From Nemertoderma westbladi (lineage: Eukaryota; Animalia; Xenacoelomorpha): a stretch of DNA of 64,000 nt. The position numbers and the translations under genes are program-made. The first letter of the stretch is position 1. Every line of letters begins with the position of its first letter. Under the pieces are notes generated by a model. It did no database searches and was not told the origin of the DNA. It saw only the letters and a list, made by a program, of their open reading frames with translations. Location: contig JAUCBJ010008380.1 in the NCBI GenBank assembly GCA_032718475.1, positions 38,095-102,094 on the forward strand. The letters run 5' to 3'. Shown in pieces: positions 26,801 through 38,733 of the stretch.

Positions 26801-29800
26801 CAGTTCGGGCACGGAAAAGTCGATGTCATCCAGGCACCGTTATTGCTTGATCTCGATCTTCGTAGGTTGCCTGGCGTTAATGTTGATCGAGTATATTATT
26901 TGGATGCGTTCGATGGTAGCCCCATAGTCGCACCCTGGTGTTATCGCTGCAATTTCGCATCGTCCCATCCTCATCTTCATGACCTCATCTTTGCTGGAAA
27001 TTGTGGTTACCGCCATCTTACTTGGACTTGTTTGTAACCCTATATTTTCGGCCACCCAACTTTCCACTAGCGTGAACGCTGCTCCACTATCGACCAGCAT
27101 TAGCGTCGTAACCGATAGCTCGTTCTCCCCTATTATCCTCACTGGTACTTCTCCGAGCAGTACTGTTCCCTTCCTCTTCGCTCCCATGGTGCTTGTCGCC
27201 ATCGTCTGGCCTCCAGTCCCATCAGTCTCAGCATATTTGATCGGTGGTTCCTGGCATTCATCCTTTCTGTGTCCTCCTACCGCGCATCGATGACATAGTC
27301 CATTCTTACCAGTGTAGGCTATCCGATCTTGTTTAAGTAACGCCTGCCAGTGCTTGCAGTCTATGGTCTTATGGGTCCCGTTTCTATGCAATTGACATCA
27401 TCTAGCAGTTTGGTGTTTTGGTTGCTTGGACTCGGCCTACTGGGGGTATTGGGTTTGTATCTACTGGTGTTGTTGCTTTGTTTCTGTCCCTGCCATGATG
27501 TGGCCCTACTCCCTTGTAGTCCCCTGTGTGGCCGCATACGGTAGCGACTGCCTCACCTTTGGTAGTGCGTTAGCCGCACTATGTTGGGTTTAGGTCGGCT
27601 GTATTCCTGTTTCAGTACCTTGCCTAGACTGTCCTCACTATAGACTGGATTTCAGGTTATAAACATTTCGTAGTTAAGGAAGTTCGACATCTCCTCCTAC
27701 TCTGGCTCCGCACCCTTCTTCTCTCATGTGGAGAAAGCGATCTTTCTCCATTTATTCCTTAACCAGATCGGCAGTGCCTGCGCTATCATTGTGATGTTGT
27801 TCGATGCATTGAGTTCGTAAGGTGCATCTAGAGTCTTTAAGACTATTAGCGCTTTTTCTACTTTGTTAGCGAAAGTCTTAATGCTAACGGGGTTATCTGT
27901 GGGTCCACCTGATGTTATTCCCCTTAAGGTTTGTCGGATAATCTTTGCAGGATGGCCAAATTCCCTGTCCAGAGCTCTCCATGCGGTCGTGAATCCTGGG
28001 GCTTCTGCTGCCCCCCCCCCCCCCCCCCCCTTTCCTCCGTCGTCGGGAGCCCCGGTTCACTTGAATCACGGCGCGCATTTCCCGTCGAGATCTTTGGAGC
28101 ATTTACTGCCCCCCCCCCCCCCCCCCCACCCGTCATTCCCCACTTCGCCCCCATGTCCATGTTCTCCTCCAGTCGACACGTTAGTTCTATTCTCCCTGGG
28201 TTCATTCGCCTGCGTTTTTCCCTGCGCAACCGCACGGCCTTGTAGGCCCTCGCTAGGCGAATTACCTGTTTCCCCAATGTTTGTATTAATTATACCGCCA
28301 CTAGCCTCACCCTGTTGACTTGTTATATTATTACTTGCATTATTTTGATTAATTTCACCGGAATTATTTATAACATTGTTATTTACTGTACCCGGGTTAT
28401 TATTTAAATTATTTTCGTTATCTGGCGCACCAATATTTACATTATTATTAATCAAAATATTATTTCCTGCAAGAAATGTTTCGTTAGTATTAGGGTTATC
28501 TACTGCGGTACTATTAATATTAACGTTCTCACTGAATGTATTGTCATTACCCCCCCCCCCCCCCCCCGTCCCGTCCGTCCGGTCACACCAGTTCTGGGTC
28601 TGTCATCCGGTACCTGTAAGTGGGGTATTAACAAAGGTTTCCATCACCCCTGGTTCCTCATAAATACTTCCCGAACCAGCCTCGTTCTCTGATCAACCCA
28701 TTTTTGCCAGTTCTAATCAGCGTTTTTGCTTCGTCTGATACTGCATTAACCCCCTCAACCGGGTATGCATAACATCCCTCATACGTTTACCTGCCCTCTC
28801 TCTCTCTCTATCCTCTCTAATACTCTGATCACTGATCAGCTAACTCTGCCTCCCTCGCAATCCTCTCAGCCTCTCTCACATTTCTCTCAGCCTCTCTCAC
28901 ATCCCGCTCTCTATAATTTCTCGCCACTTTATCGGCCCTCTCTTTACCCTCTCTCGCTAGTTCCCTTTCCCTTTCTAGCAACACAGTCCCCTCATCCAGC
29001 TGTCTCTATAGTTCCTTTTGGTCTAGCGCGACTATGTCTAGCTGACACGCCAGATCTATTGTTGCACTCACCTAGCCTCCGGTACAACTTGGACTGGTCT
29101 ACCTTTCCTCCAGTTTTAGCGTCCTTTAACAACTTCCTGGTGGCGTTGTACCCTCGTCATAGGCGATCGCTTGTCCCGACGTCTTCCTCCTGGACTTGAC
29201 CTGCCCTCCTCGTCCGGCGCCGTACGGTCGGCCCCACCGTTGCCATTCCAGTGGGCCGCTCGCCGCCCTCTAGACCTTGGGGCTGTTGTTCACTCATGTT
29301 GGCGTGTCATAGTTTGCTTTCTTTAATCTTCGATGTTGACTCGTCGGTTTTTAACTGTGACGGGATCCAGGAGTTGGCAGTCTGAACCCCGACCAGTGTG
29401 TTGTTTTGGGCTATACGCGTCGCCGCATCCATAGGCTGCTGAAAAGCTGATGTCTGAATATTAAGGCCAAAGGCCGTTTGAATTACTGAGTTTTTAGTGG
29501 CAGTTGTTCGTAATGTCAGAATGTAATAATAGCACAATCAGAATATAATAAGCACGGTAATGACGATGGTTAAAAACCGTTCCAGTCACACAACTCTACA
29601 GATACCAACTGAATCAGAATCAATAAATAAAACGGTTATATTACCGACGCATATTGGTTACTCCTACTGTTCTAAGCGGGCTGGCCAATGGATGCGTTCC
29701 AATCACCTGTTTTTCCCCTCCCGTCATTGGCTAACCTAATTAATCTCCATCTTGCCACTCCCTGTTTCCACTGTCCCCACATGCTAGCCCCTTTGTCCCC

Positions 29801-30205
29801 TTGAGATGGTTTATGAACTCTCAACTCTGCTTCGTGGCTGGCAATGTGTATCGCCTAAGTTGGTTATTAGGTGACATTATATTAGTAGTGTCACCTTCCC
29901 AACTATAATTGGTAAAAAGCCACTTTGCCCATTTTCCGCTGGGTAGTGCAGGGAATTGAATCCGCTTACAATTATTATTGAGATCATACCATGTCCATGA
30001 CCTACTATCTATATACTGCTACAGTATCTATAGTAGGTCATGATCATACATATTCATATTCCATTAGATATTAAAAATGTTTCATTGCATTTTGGAAAAA
30101 AAAGTAAGTCCAAATTTCGGCAAGTTGTGTCTACCTAATATAATAGATCCTAAACGTTTGTTTTTATAGTGCAAAAAAAGTTGGAATTCTGGATTTTCTT
30201 TGCAG

Positions 30206-30426
30206 ATATTTGTTCAATGTAATTCAACTAGTTATAGGAAGCAGTATTGACATAGGAACCGTGTTGGAAGAGCTTGTCTGTGACAATAATTACCAGAATA
30301 TACAATCGTTTTTGGTAGCAGGTGGAGCGAAAACCTTTATGGTTGCCTACAACGAGATGTGTACTGGTGGTAAACATCGCAAAAGTAAACTGTTTATAAC
30401 TGATGGAAATGAGAAGGCGACATCAG
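30206..30426 (+). CDS. DNAH5: Dynein heavy chain exon 3 (YLFNVIQLV...AGGAKTFMVAY...KLFITDGNEKATSG)
   Basis: Acceptor ttctttgcag, donor G|GTAATG, phases 2/1 consistent. Resembles the DNAH5 YLF...VGGLRHLMFYY...KVFVTEGNDVALTG segment. Confidence 0.88.
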
Positions 30427-30560
30427 GTAATGTTGTAAACGCGCCCTTGATAGGTATCTTATGGTACCGGTACCACAGCACTGTATTGCATACACGCAGG
30501 TATTTTCCAGTACTATTTCACTATTATTTTAGCAAATCTAAAATACTTGTGAGATATAAT

Positions 30561-33210
30561 CGAGGGCTTATTTCCAAAATATCCCAAACGACAAATTTTA
30601 CTTTTCTCTGTAAATTATTTTTTAATATTCTAATTCTGTAAAGCTACCCATAGAGGTGGGTTTTTGTCAAATAACATGCAAAACCAACGTGCTTTAAGCC
30701 CAGCCCATGGTTTTTTTAACAACCACATTCAATGACGATCTACGGTGTTTGGAACATTTTGAAAAAACTATTCTCTGTCAATATGGAAAATTTGTTCACT
30801 TCAAAATATTCCAAATGCCATATTATATTGTAAAATATTTAGTATTATTATAGTAAATCTTTAATAGTATTATTAGCCATTATACACTCCAACAGTATTA
30901 GTAAGTCCAACTATAATTATAATAAGGCCTAAATCTTATTATGTTCGAATTACAACAGTACAGCACAGGGTAAACGTAAACTTATCATTAATCCTCGTTG
31001 GGTACCAACTCCTCTTCATCAGTCTCATTTAAATTATCAGCGACCGACTCATCTGGTATCAACGCCTCATATTCAGCTCGAAACTCGATGGGAATAATAT
31101 TTTTCTTACACAACTTCATGAGATCTTTAAATTTTGCGGCGCTGATGGGAATCTGATTTGGGTATGCACACGATGGAAGATCAAGGCGATGAGGATGGCG
31201 TCCACGATTTCTACCAGAAAGAACAATTTCGAACGTTGAGGCAGAAGAATTAAGTGTGTTTGCATAGTGTATGTCAACTGTAGAATCAACCTTATGGAAA
31301 AAGACAACGCGCATCTCAGAAAACTTGACCACCTCACCTTGCTCGTTTTTGACACCAGTTGGAAGGAGCTTCTTCTGTATGATTTTCCAATCCAGGAAGT
31401 CGTTCGACTTCATTTCGTATGGATCGGCGAGGACTTTTGCATGCCGAATGACAGTTTTCCACTCCGAGGGAGCCCAAACATTCTTGTGATGAAGATAATT
31501 CTCTATACGGGCATGTACAGAATCTACCGGCATATTCGTGTGTCCTGGTAGCAAAAATATGAGTCGGATTCGTTTCACGTTAGCCAGTCGTAAAATAATT
31601 TGACTCAGTGCTGCAATAACAATCCTGTTTTTACTCTGCCCCCCACAGCTGTCACACATTAAATCTATCTTTGTCACATTAGGGCACCTAACACTAATGT
31701 CAAGAAGATGTTTATACAAAACAGATGCAACCTCTATTGATCCTCGTTTACCAGTGTTTTCCCCCCAAATGTAGCAATACCCATGTTTAACTCCGCTCTC
31801 AAAGATCGATTCATTATAAAAGGCCAACCGTCTGGAATACCCAATGAGCATCGAATCAGAGTGTGGGGTATTAAGGACCTTTTGCAGATCAAAAGAAATA
31901 CAACGATAATCCTCAGTTGCTCTCTCCTGTGATCGTTTAAACACCTTTGCTACACGTTCCTTTACATCTATGTGGCGCTGGTATTCGTCATTATTGAGGC
32001 CTGGATCTTGCCTTTGATACTGAACACACAACCCACATTTATCCTTCTTGGCAATGTGAAATCCCAAGTTAAACTCAGATTTAAGAATTCTTCTAAAAAC
32101 TGAGAACTTCACCGGATTTGAAACCTTTGAAACATATATTCGATGCAAATTTCTTTCATTTCTGAAAGCCCTAGGTAGATACTTTCTTTTCGAATCTTTT
32201 CTGCAGTAATGCGAATTCATGGCAGGTAGGTCAGAAATAAAATTCCGAACACCTTCCTCACGTTGAGCTGCAGTGCGATTGTGTGCCCCACCAGCCTTTG
32301 TGCGTGGAAGAGAACCATTAGCTGAAGTTCTCCGAACTATTGACTTTAGTAGGCCTTCACCAACGTTTAAGGTGCAGACTATGAACTGTCTGCAGACTTG
32401 AATCTTTTCACCGCCCCTGTGCCTGTATAGATGCCACTGAACTGAAAAGTTCTTCGGATTTCTCTTTTTATCATCACTAACATCATCGGTCGAACGGTGG
32501 CGACCAACAGTAGTTTTATCAAACAACGTTCTAATATACGCCTGTTGTTCGTCACGATTATTGAAGGCACTATAGAAATGTTCATGCTGCTCCATTCGTT
32601 CTTCTTCTGTCCAATTTTTCCGGCAATTACGAAGGCGATCCTCCTTACATGGTATTGGGAGTAGTTTTTTTTATTTTCTACCCTTCCCATTTGTCGCATA
32701 CTCTCTTCCACGTAATCTTGCCACTTTTCGTGCAATTCCCGTGGTTTCACACGGAATTTTAGATCTCTTTAGTACCCTCTTCTTCGATTGTGGACTACCA
32801 ACTTTTCCCCCAACGTCCCCAGTAAAACAACGGCTTCCGTCATCCGAACTAAACTCATAATCCTCTTCCATCGATCCATTCCCTCCATCACTTTGATTAC
32901 CATTAATAAAACCATTAAAGGCCGTAGTAAAATCGTCTCAACTTAATAATATTTATAATGCCAATGAACAATAATACCGGTATTATAACAATTTGACAAT
33001 AAGATAACAACCAACTAGCCTGCGTGGTTCATTGCATATACTACTGTACTACAGTACCTGTGCCCTTCTACAGTATGTCGAAGGAGTTGTGTATAACACT
33101 ACACCCTGAACCCTTTGTATGGTGTAGCCAATGATACTTCGGTTAAATTAGCCAATAAAAAAAGATTTTTTAAAATTTGTCGTTTGGGACATTTTGGAAA
33201 TAAGCCATCG
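30561..33210 (-). mobile_element. Sola1-like DNA transposon, full length
   Basis: 40-bp TIRs matching at 38/40 (CGAGGGCTTATTTCCAAAATATCCCAAACGACAAATTTTA), 4-bp TSD TAAT, and an internal transposase. Confidence 0.85.
30988..32871 (-). pseudogene. Sola1-type DDD/E transposase with one in-frame TAA at 32671-32673 (535-aa C-terminal part open from 32595)
   Basis: Motifs SHYCR..YL, KDKCGLC, SFDLQKVL..P, WGE..GKRGSIEVAS, DSCGGQSKN, FLLPGHTNMPVDSVHARIE. ORFs 32671-32871 and 30988-32595 share one frame. Confidence 0.8.
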
Positions 33211-36200
33211 TAATAATGATAGTAATCTTATTAGTTTAGCAATTCTACTACCACAAGAATTCAATATCTTTTATAGGCCTATATATTGTTTTAATCAAGC
33301 CAGATTATAGCACAGAACGTAAAATATGAACTGCCCAAGTATAGAAAGTAATCTAGCACAACGATTAATTAGAATTATATAGGCCATACAGCATAACTAT
33401 TTACATAGTTTTGTGTAAAGTAGCACTTTACAGTGTGATGATCCGAGTGGTTTTGTTACACGAACGAACGTTAGTGAGTGAGTGAAAATAAAGCCACGAG
33501 GATCAGAACACTGTAAAGTACTTTGCAACAAGTATGTATGTAGTTTTATTCCAAAATTGTAACATTACGAAATGATTGTACATATACATTATAAGTGATA
33601 GAAACTGCACAAATTATATTAGTTGCTGTATAAATAAATGTAAAAATGGCATCAATTATGTTATTAATAAGTTAGCTTATATTTATGGTGGCGTTTGGAG
33701 CTATTTTATAATAATATAGCTAGGCCCTACTGGTTATTAATTGCTATACCACGCCTACCGGTAGGTAATGCAGTAGTCCTATCTGGCTGTCAGGCAAATT
33801 TCCACCTATTGTTTACATGGTAACCCCTGACGACGTTAAGTAATGTCCCCTTAGTGGACATTACTTAACGCCGTCAATGGTTACCACGTAAACAATAACA
33901 CCAAATATGTTAAACAACCGCGACACCTATACTAACAGCAGAACTGTTGAACAGACAAATACCCGTATACCTCTCTGCCAACCTAATGAGCTCTCGCCTA
34001 ACCAATAAGACACAAAGACTGCTCTACTGTTAAGTAAAGGGGATCAGGAGCGTGCTATTACTAAATTGTAAGGGTTGCTAAATACAAAACCGCTACTTAC
34101 CGTTGGATGGCGCTAATCTGCCGTCCGCTAATATATTTTACTAAATTTACACAGCTCCTGCAAAATCGCTTGTTCCTTTCTCTACCGATCGCTCGATAGA
34201 GAGCTAACTGTTCGAATCTATGAGCCACGCGGGAATAACCAAACAATAAACCCGAGTCGGCTCCCTAAGCTTACTTAAGACGAGTGCGAGGGGCTTTGCA
34301 CTCAGAGTATATTCTTACGCCTAATTTTACTACTGTTGAAGTACGCTAATGCCTACGTCTTTTCTAATCGCGAATACGGAGGGTTCCCTAACGAAATGTG
34401 TGAATGCGAGAATATTTAAATAAATCAAAATTGGTACAGTACAATGTCTTTCGTGGGTGATACCGCTCTGGGTCTAAACTTGCCTGCAGCTGGCTTTAGG
34501 CCAGCAATTCACTAGTGTCTTGCGTACTAACTATTGCGATCTAGTTTATTGCCCGCTAATTCAAATAACCGCTCAGCGTGAATAGTTTACGGTACTCTAA
34601 TTATTACCTTAGCTACTCTCCGCTATGCTGCGTACTAATTCTTAATTTTACTAATTAATTACAGTCACAAATATGTAACAGCCTAAAATACTGTATTACT
34701 TTGACCTAATCAGTAATTATTTACAGTAAACTAAGAGATAGAAATCAATCAAAGGGAAAAGAGCGCCTATCTAAGCATTCGTAATCTTAGGCACACTTTA
34801 GTAACACATCAATCAGAGTCAGCAATCACGGATCACAATAGCACGACTTGCAATTATACAATCTGCAATTATATAATTCGCAACTTACTTACGTACTTAC
34901 CCACCTACTGTGAGGTATGCAGGCCCCTCCCGGGTACATCTAGGCTTCCTAACTAACCCAATTCCTGCCCCCTAATACTAAATAGAGACAAAACCTTGGA
35001 TCATCAGCCCCCTAATTACTGTACCGGCGAGCGGTCTCCAACCTACAGTCCAAATTGCCCGACCACAACGTTGACCCCCGCCAGCGTTGCCCGCCTTTGA
35101 ATCCTCCGCTCTCCCTTAGTCGCCCAACCCCCCGATGTGCCCACCGCCTACTGGCACCTTAGCCCTCCATTATGCTAATAGCTACCGTAGCGGCGCATGC
35201 AAATCACAAAGTCTGACAGTCTCAGAAATCCCTTAGGATTATTGCGCAGAAAGGAATCACATAGAACCATTAATCAAAAGGTAGAAATCATAGTTCAGTT
35301 GTAATTAGCAGTAATCGAAGGAATTAATTGAGAAACACAATCAAGAGTAATCGCACTAGCAAATCATTCCAAGAAATTAATCAAATTGCAGAAATACTCT
35401 AAAATCCGTCAAAAATGAATAGAGACAGCTCAGCAAGTACAAAGGTGATAGCAGATCATGTGAGGGATAACAGTAAGGCTCTACCGGCACACCGCCAATT
35501 TATAGGTGATCCGGATGGGGTGATGCAATAGGGTGACTCAATCGCTCTCCTATTGGCTCTCCAGTCCGTGCTAGCATTAGACCAACCTGGAAGCAGTTAA
35601 TCCAATAAGGAGGCCGGATTGTAGCCCTATTGCTGCCCAAACCTCGAATTATTACCATATATGGTAATGGTTCACGTCTCTGGCTGCTGAATGGCCAGGA
35701 CAGCGTCCCTATATGCTAGCCCTATCAAACTAATATCAGCAAGCACAAAATCCAGGGTCCGAATAAACTCGCTACCCTGGAACTATCTACATATATCCTA
35801 ATACAAAATTACGTAGGTAGGGCTACATACTATACAAAATGGATGGATTCAAATATATGGGTGTTTCGATTTCCCTATCTAAATACCACTGCGTTATTAT
35901 GCCTTATCTAAAATATTATGCTGCACAACGGACTAATATTACATACAGTATAACGGACTAATATTGTGTACAGTATAACGGACTAATATATGTGGATACA
36001 GCGCCATATACCGTAACACCGCTCCAAGGGAAATCATATAATGTTTCCCTCCAATTGTAAAAGAGTATAAGGTGATGTATACAAAACAAAATAAATTTCT
36101 TCCAACCAATCTAAATACTTGATACTATAAATCCTACTATTTACAAAATATTGCTATAGATATTGCATAATGAATTACATACAAATTAAATTTACAAATA

Positions 36201-37449
36201 TTATCTCTCTCATACAAATTAAATTTACAAAATATTGTTTCTCGTTCGTACTACATAATGATTACTACATACAAAATTAAATTTACAAAATTTTACTTCC
36301 TTTATTTATTTACAAATTGACGGTCTACCTATTGAAATGGAACATGGCTAGGACAATGTCCCCCATTTCCCATCTCAAATTAACGATCAACATTAACAAG
36401 ATAAACTAAATATAAACGTATTTGAGGCTAAATTTTTAACTAAATTGCATTAAAGGCCGATAATCAAACTAAATATAAAATACGTAATAATTTCTTTCAT
36501 TTTCGGACTTTACTTAATTTCTTATAAAAAACGCAAATCATATTGGTTTGATGATTGCTCAGGTAAGTGAAAGGAGTAAGCCAAACCCGCGGGTTTGTCT
36601 CCCCAATCACTTCCTTTGCCTCTTTCAATAAACTTTAGAGCAAATAAAGTCATATACACAAAATCAAATATAGTATAAAATATTTACTATTTCCAACGGA
36701 CTACAAAATAAAAGTATTTCCTTTCAATATTTTTCGGCCTTCGAAAATAAAACTCTAAAATATGGATACGACTAGTGTATATGAGTCCAGTCGAATGTTT
36801 ATCAAACCTACGATATACATCAGAGCGACGATGATGTATATGTCTAAAGTTTGTCGCTCCGTGATATTATAGTCTCATCGGCTAGCTCCTGGGTCTCTCG
36901 GGCTCGCTCCCTTCTCCAGATACACCAGTCTACCCCCTGTAGACTCTGTTGACGGCGTCCTTGTGGCGTCACTTCCCGGAACCGGCGACGACATTCCCTG
37001 GGCACCGACTATCTCCTGACTGGTGCTCCTCCCTCGGCCTCGTCCCATTTGCCGTGTCCCTGTGGGCGCCTCCGCCAACTCCTCTTTCTTCAACTATAGA
37101 ATGTTCTGTTCGTCCTTGGCTTGACGCTTGCCAATGACTCCTCCTTCTGGTACTTGCCGCGAGCTGTGAGCTCCGGCTGTTGTCGCTGTGGGCGCGGCGG
37201 TCCTGATCCTCCACTCGTTCAGAGGTCATTGACCCCAAACGAGTCTCCTTAGGCCGCCAATTGTGCGCTGGGTAATAAATCTAGACGTATATATCAGAGC
37301 GACGATGATATATAAAGGATTGGACATATTCGGGCTTAATAGTGCGTGCGTCGAAACTTCCCGAAATAATTTGGAGTAAATATCGTATAAATCGCGGATC
37401 GTGGGTATGGTTAGTAGACGGATGGATGGCGCGAATCTCGTCTGGATAC

Positions 37450-37977
37450 TCAGGCGTGAGTTTCCTCTCCTGGTGAAGCGAAGTGAACGTGGTCCAGGAA
37501 CTCGAGAGCTCCAAACCCGCGGGTTTGACGGGTACCCGAGTCCCGCGCCGCTTCGCGCCGCGCCTCTAGATCCTTATAGGCTCGGTACAGCGAAATGGCC
37601 GCTGCCGTCTCTATCAAACTGGGTGTCGAACAGGGTTTAATCTCCGTATACGGATCTAATGTCGTAACGGTCGGCGTAATGGGTCTCGGAGGTCGCTTTC
37701 CGCTAAAGTCGATACTGATCATCGGGTCGCTCATCGGGTAACCTCCCTCGTTATATCTAAGGAACTGGTGAGCTTGACAACGCGTTAATATCGGTTCTGG
37801 ATGTTGCTCGTCTAGTCGGTCGGGAATCGTGGGTTTGTATTTCCCATTTAGCTCCATCACCGACCGCCCATGGTAGTAAACGTTCGAATCTTTACATCCC
37901 GGTCGCGCGAATGGTAACTCCGCCTCCTCTCCGGCAGTAAATCCTCTGCGCGGTTGCGCTCTAATATCCTTCTCCAT
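37450..37977 (-). CDS. Possible accessory ORF (175 aa) downstream of pol in element B, unknown function
   Basis: ATG-initiated, same sense as gag-pol, a GC-rich island in an AT-rich 3' region. No recognisable domain or transmembrane segment. Confidence 0.35.
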   Translation of the reverse strand: MEKDIRAQPRRGFTAGEEAELPFARPGCKDSNVYYHGRSVMELNGKYKPTIPDRLDEQHPEPILTRCQAHQFLRYNEGGYPMSDPMISIDFSGKRPPRPITPTVTTLDPYTEIKPCSTPSLIETAAAISLYRAYKDLEARREAARDSGTRQTRGFGALEFLDHVHFASPGEETHA

Positions 37978-38733
37978 TATGCCCCGCGTATATACATATA
38001 TAACCCAATAAGTGTTCCGTTACGCAAACCAATTACACTGTGGGTAATCAGTTAGATGTCGCCGAAGGACAGACCTCCCGAACCCCCCCGCCTTCCAGCA
38101 GTTCAGGTTCGACTCTCTAGATCCCGTCTCTTCCTAACTAACTATCCTCTAACCTATTCCCATGCATAGCGCAAAAACTTTGGAGATAAACTGGCCGTGA
38201 CCAACTCACTTTTTGATGCCCAAACTACTCCCATTACTCGTACTAAACTACAGTAGTTAGAAAGGACCATAGCCACAATACTCGACTATACCAAACCCAC
38301 AGGTTTGATAATCGAACATCACACATCACTGCAAACTACTGAGTGGGGTCCATGTACGCCTCTGGTGCTACTAACCTTTAGCACCTTAGTTGCACTGTTG
38401 GCACCAATCTGTGGAAGTTGCTAAACTCAATTTACACTCCTACGTAATATAGCCGTCACCATGGTTTCTAAATGCTATTTTCCAGGCTTCACGACTTTTC
38501 AAATTACTGTTTTCTATAGACGAATTCTAAAACGCGTCTATACACAGCGTCTGGAATTGTCTTGGGTTCACTTCTAATTTTTTAAAATTTTAATTTTTCC
38601 AAAAATTTTGAAAATAAAATTTTGTTTTGATACCCACCAGACAAAACTCAACGCAAATCACCACAACCCCGCTCCTATGCATTTCCTTGTATTTGCATAC
38701 GAGGAATGCATACGAAGTGAGTTGCGTCTAACA

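Larger units (their letters stand above)
20003..29970 (-). mobile_element. Decayed, internally deleted BEL/Pao LTR retrotransposon (element A)
   Basis: TGT...ACA LTRs at 29356-29970 (615 bp) and 20003-21757 (interrupted); 5-bp TSD ATTAT (19998-20002, 29971-29975); poly-G PPT. Broken gag zinc knuckle CHRCAVGGHRKDEC, protease LVDSGA, AILTPFGWTLSG, then a jump near 26275 to the integrase end (EGIINSR..LTPAHLL). RT and RNase H are missing. Confidence 0.92.

Noticed and set aside
30427-30641. 3' extension of the 143-aa ORF at 30210-30641
   Set aside because: Dynein similarity ends at the GTAATG donor; the rest is intron and Sola TIR.
33918-36018. The 2.1-kb exact direct repeat as an assembly duplication
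   Set aside because: TGTT/AACA termini, a 5-bp TSD and an enclosed gag-pol show these are LTRs.
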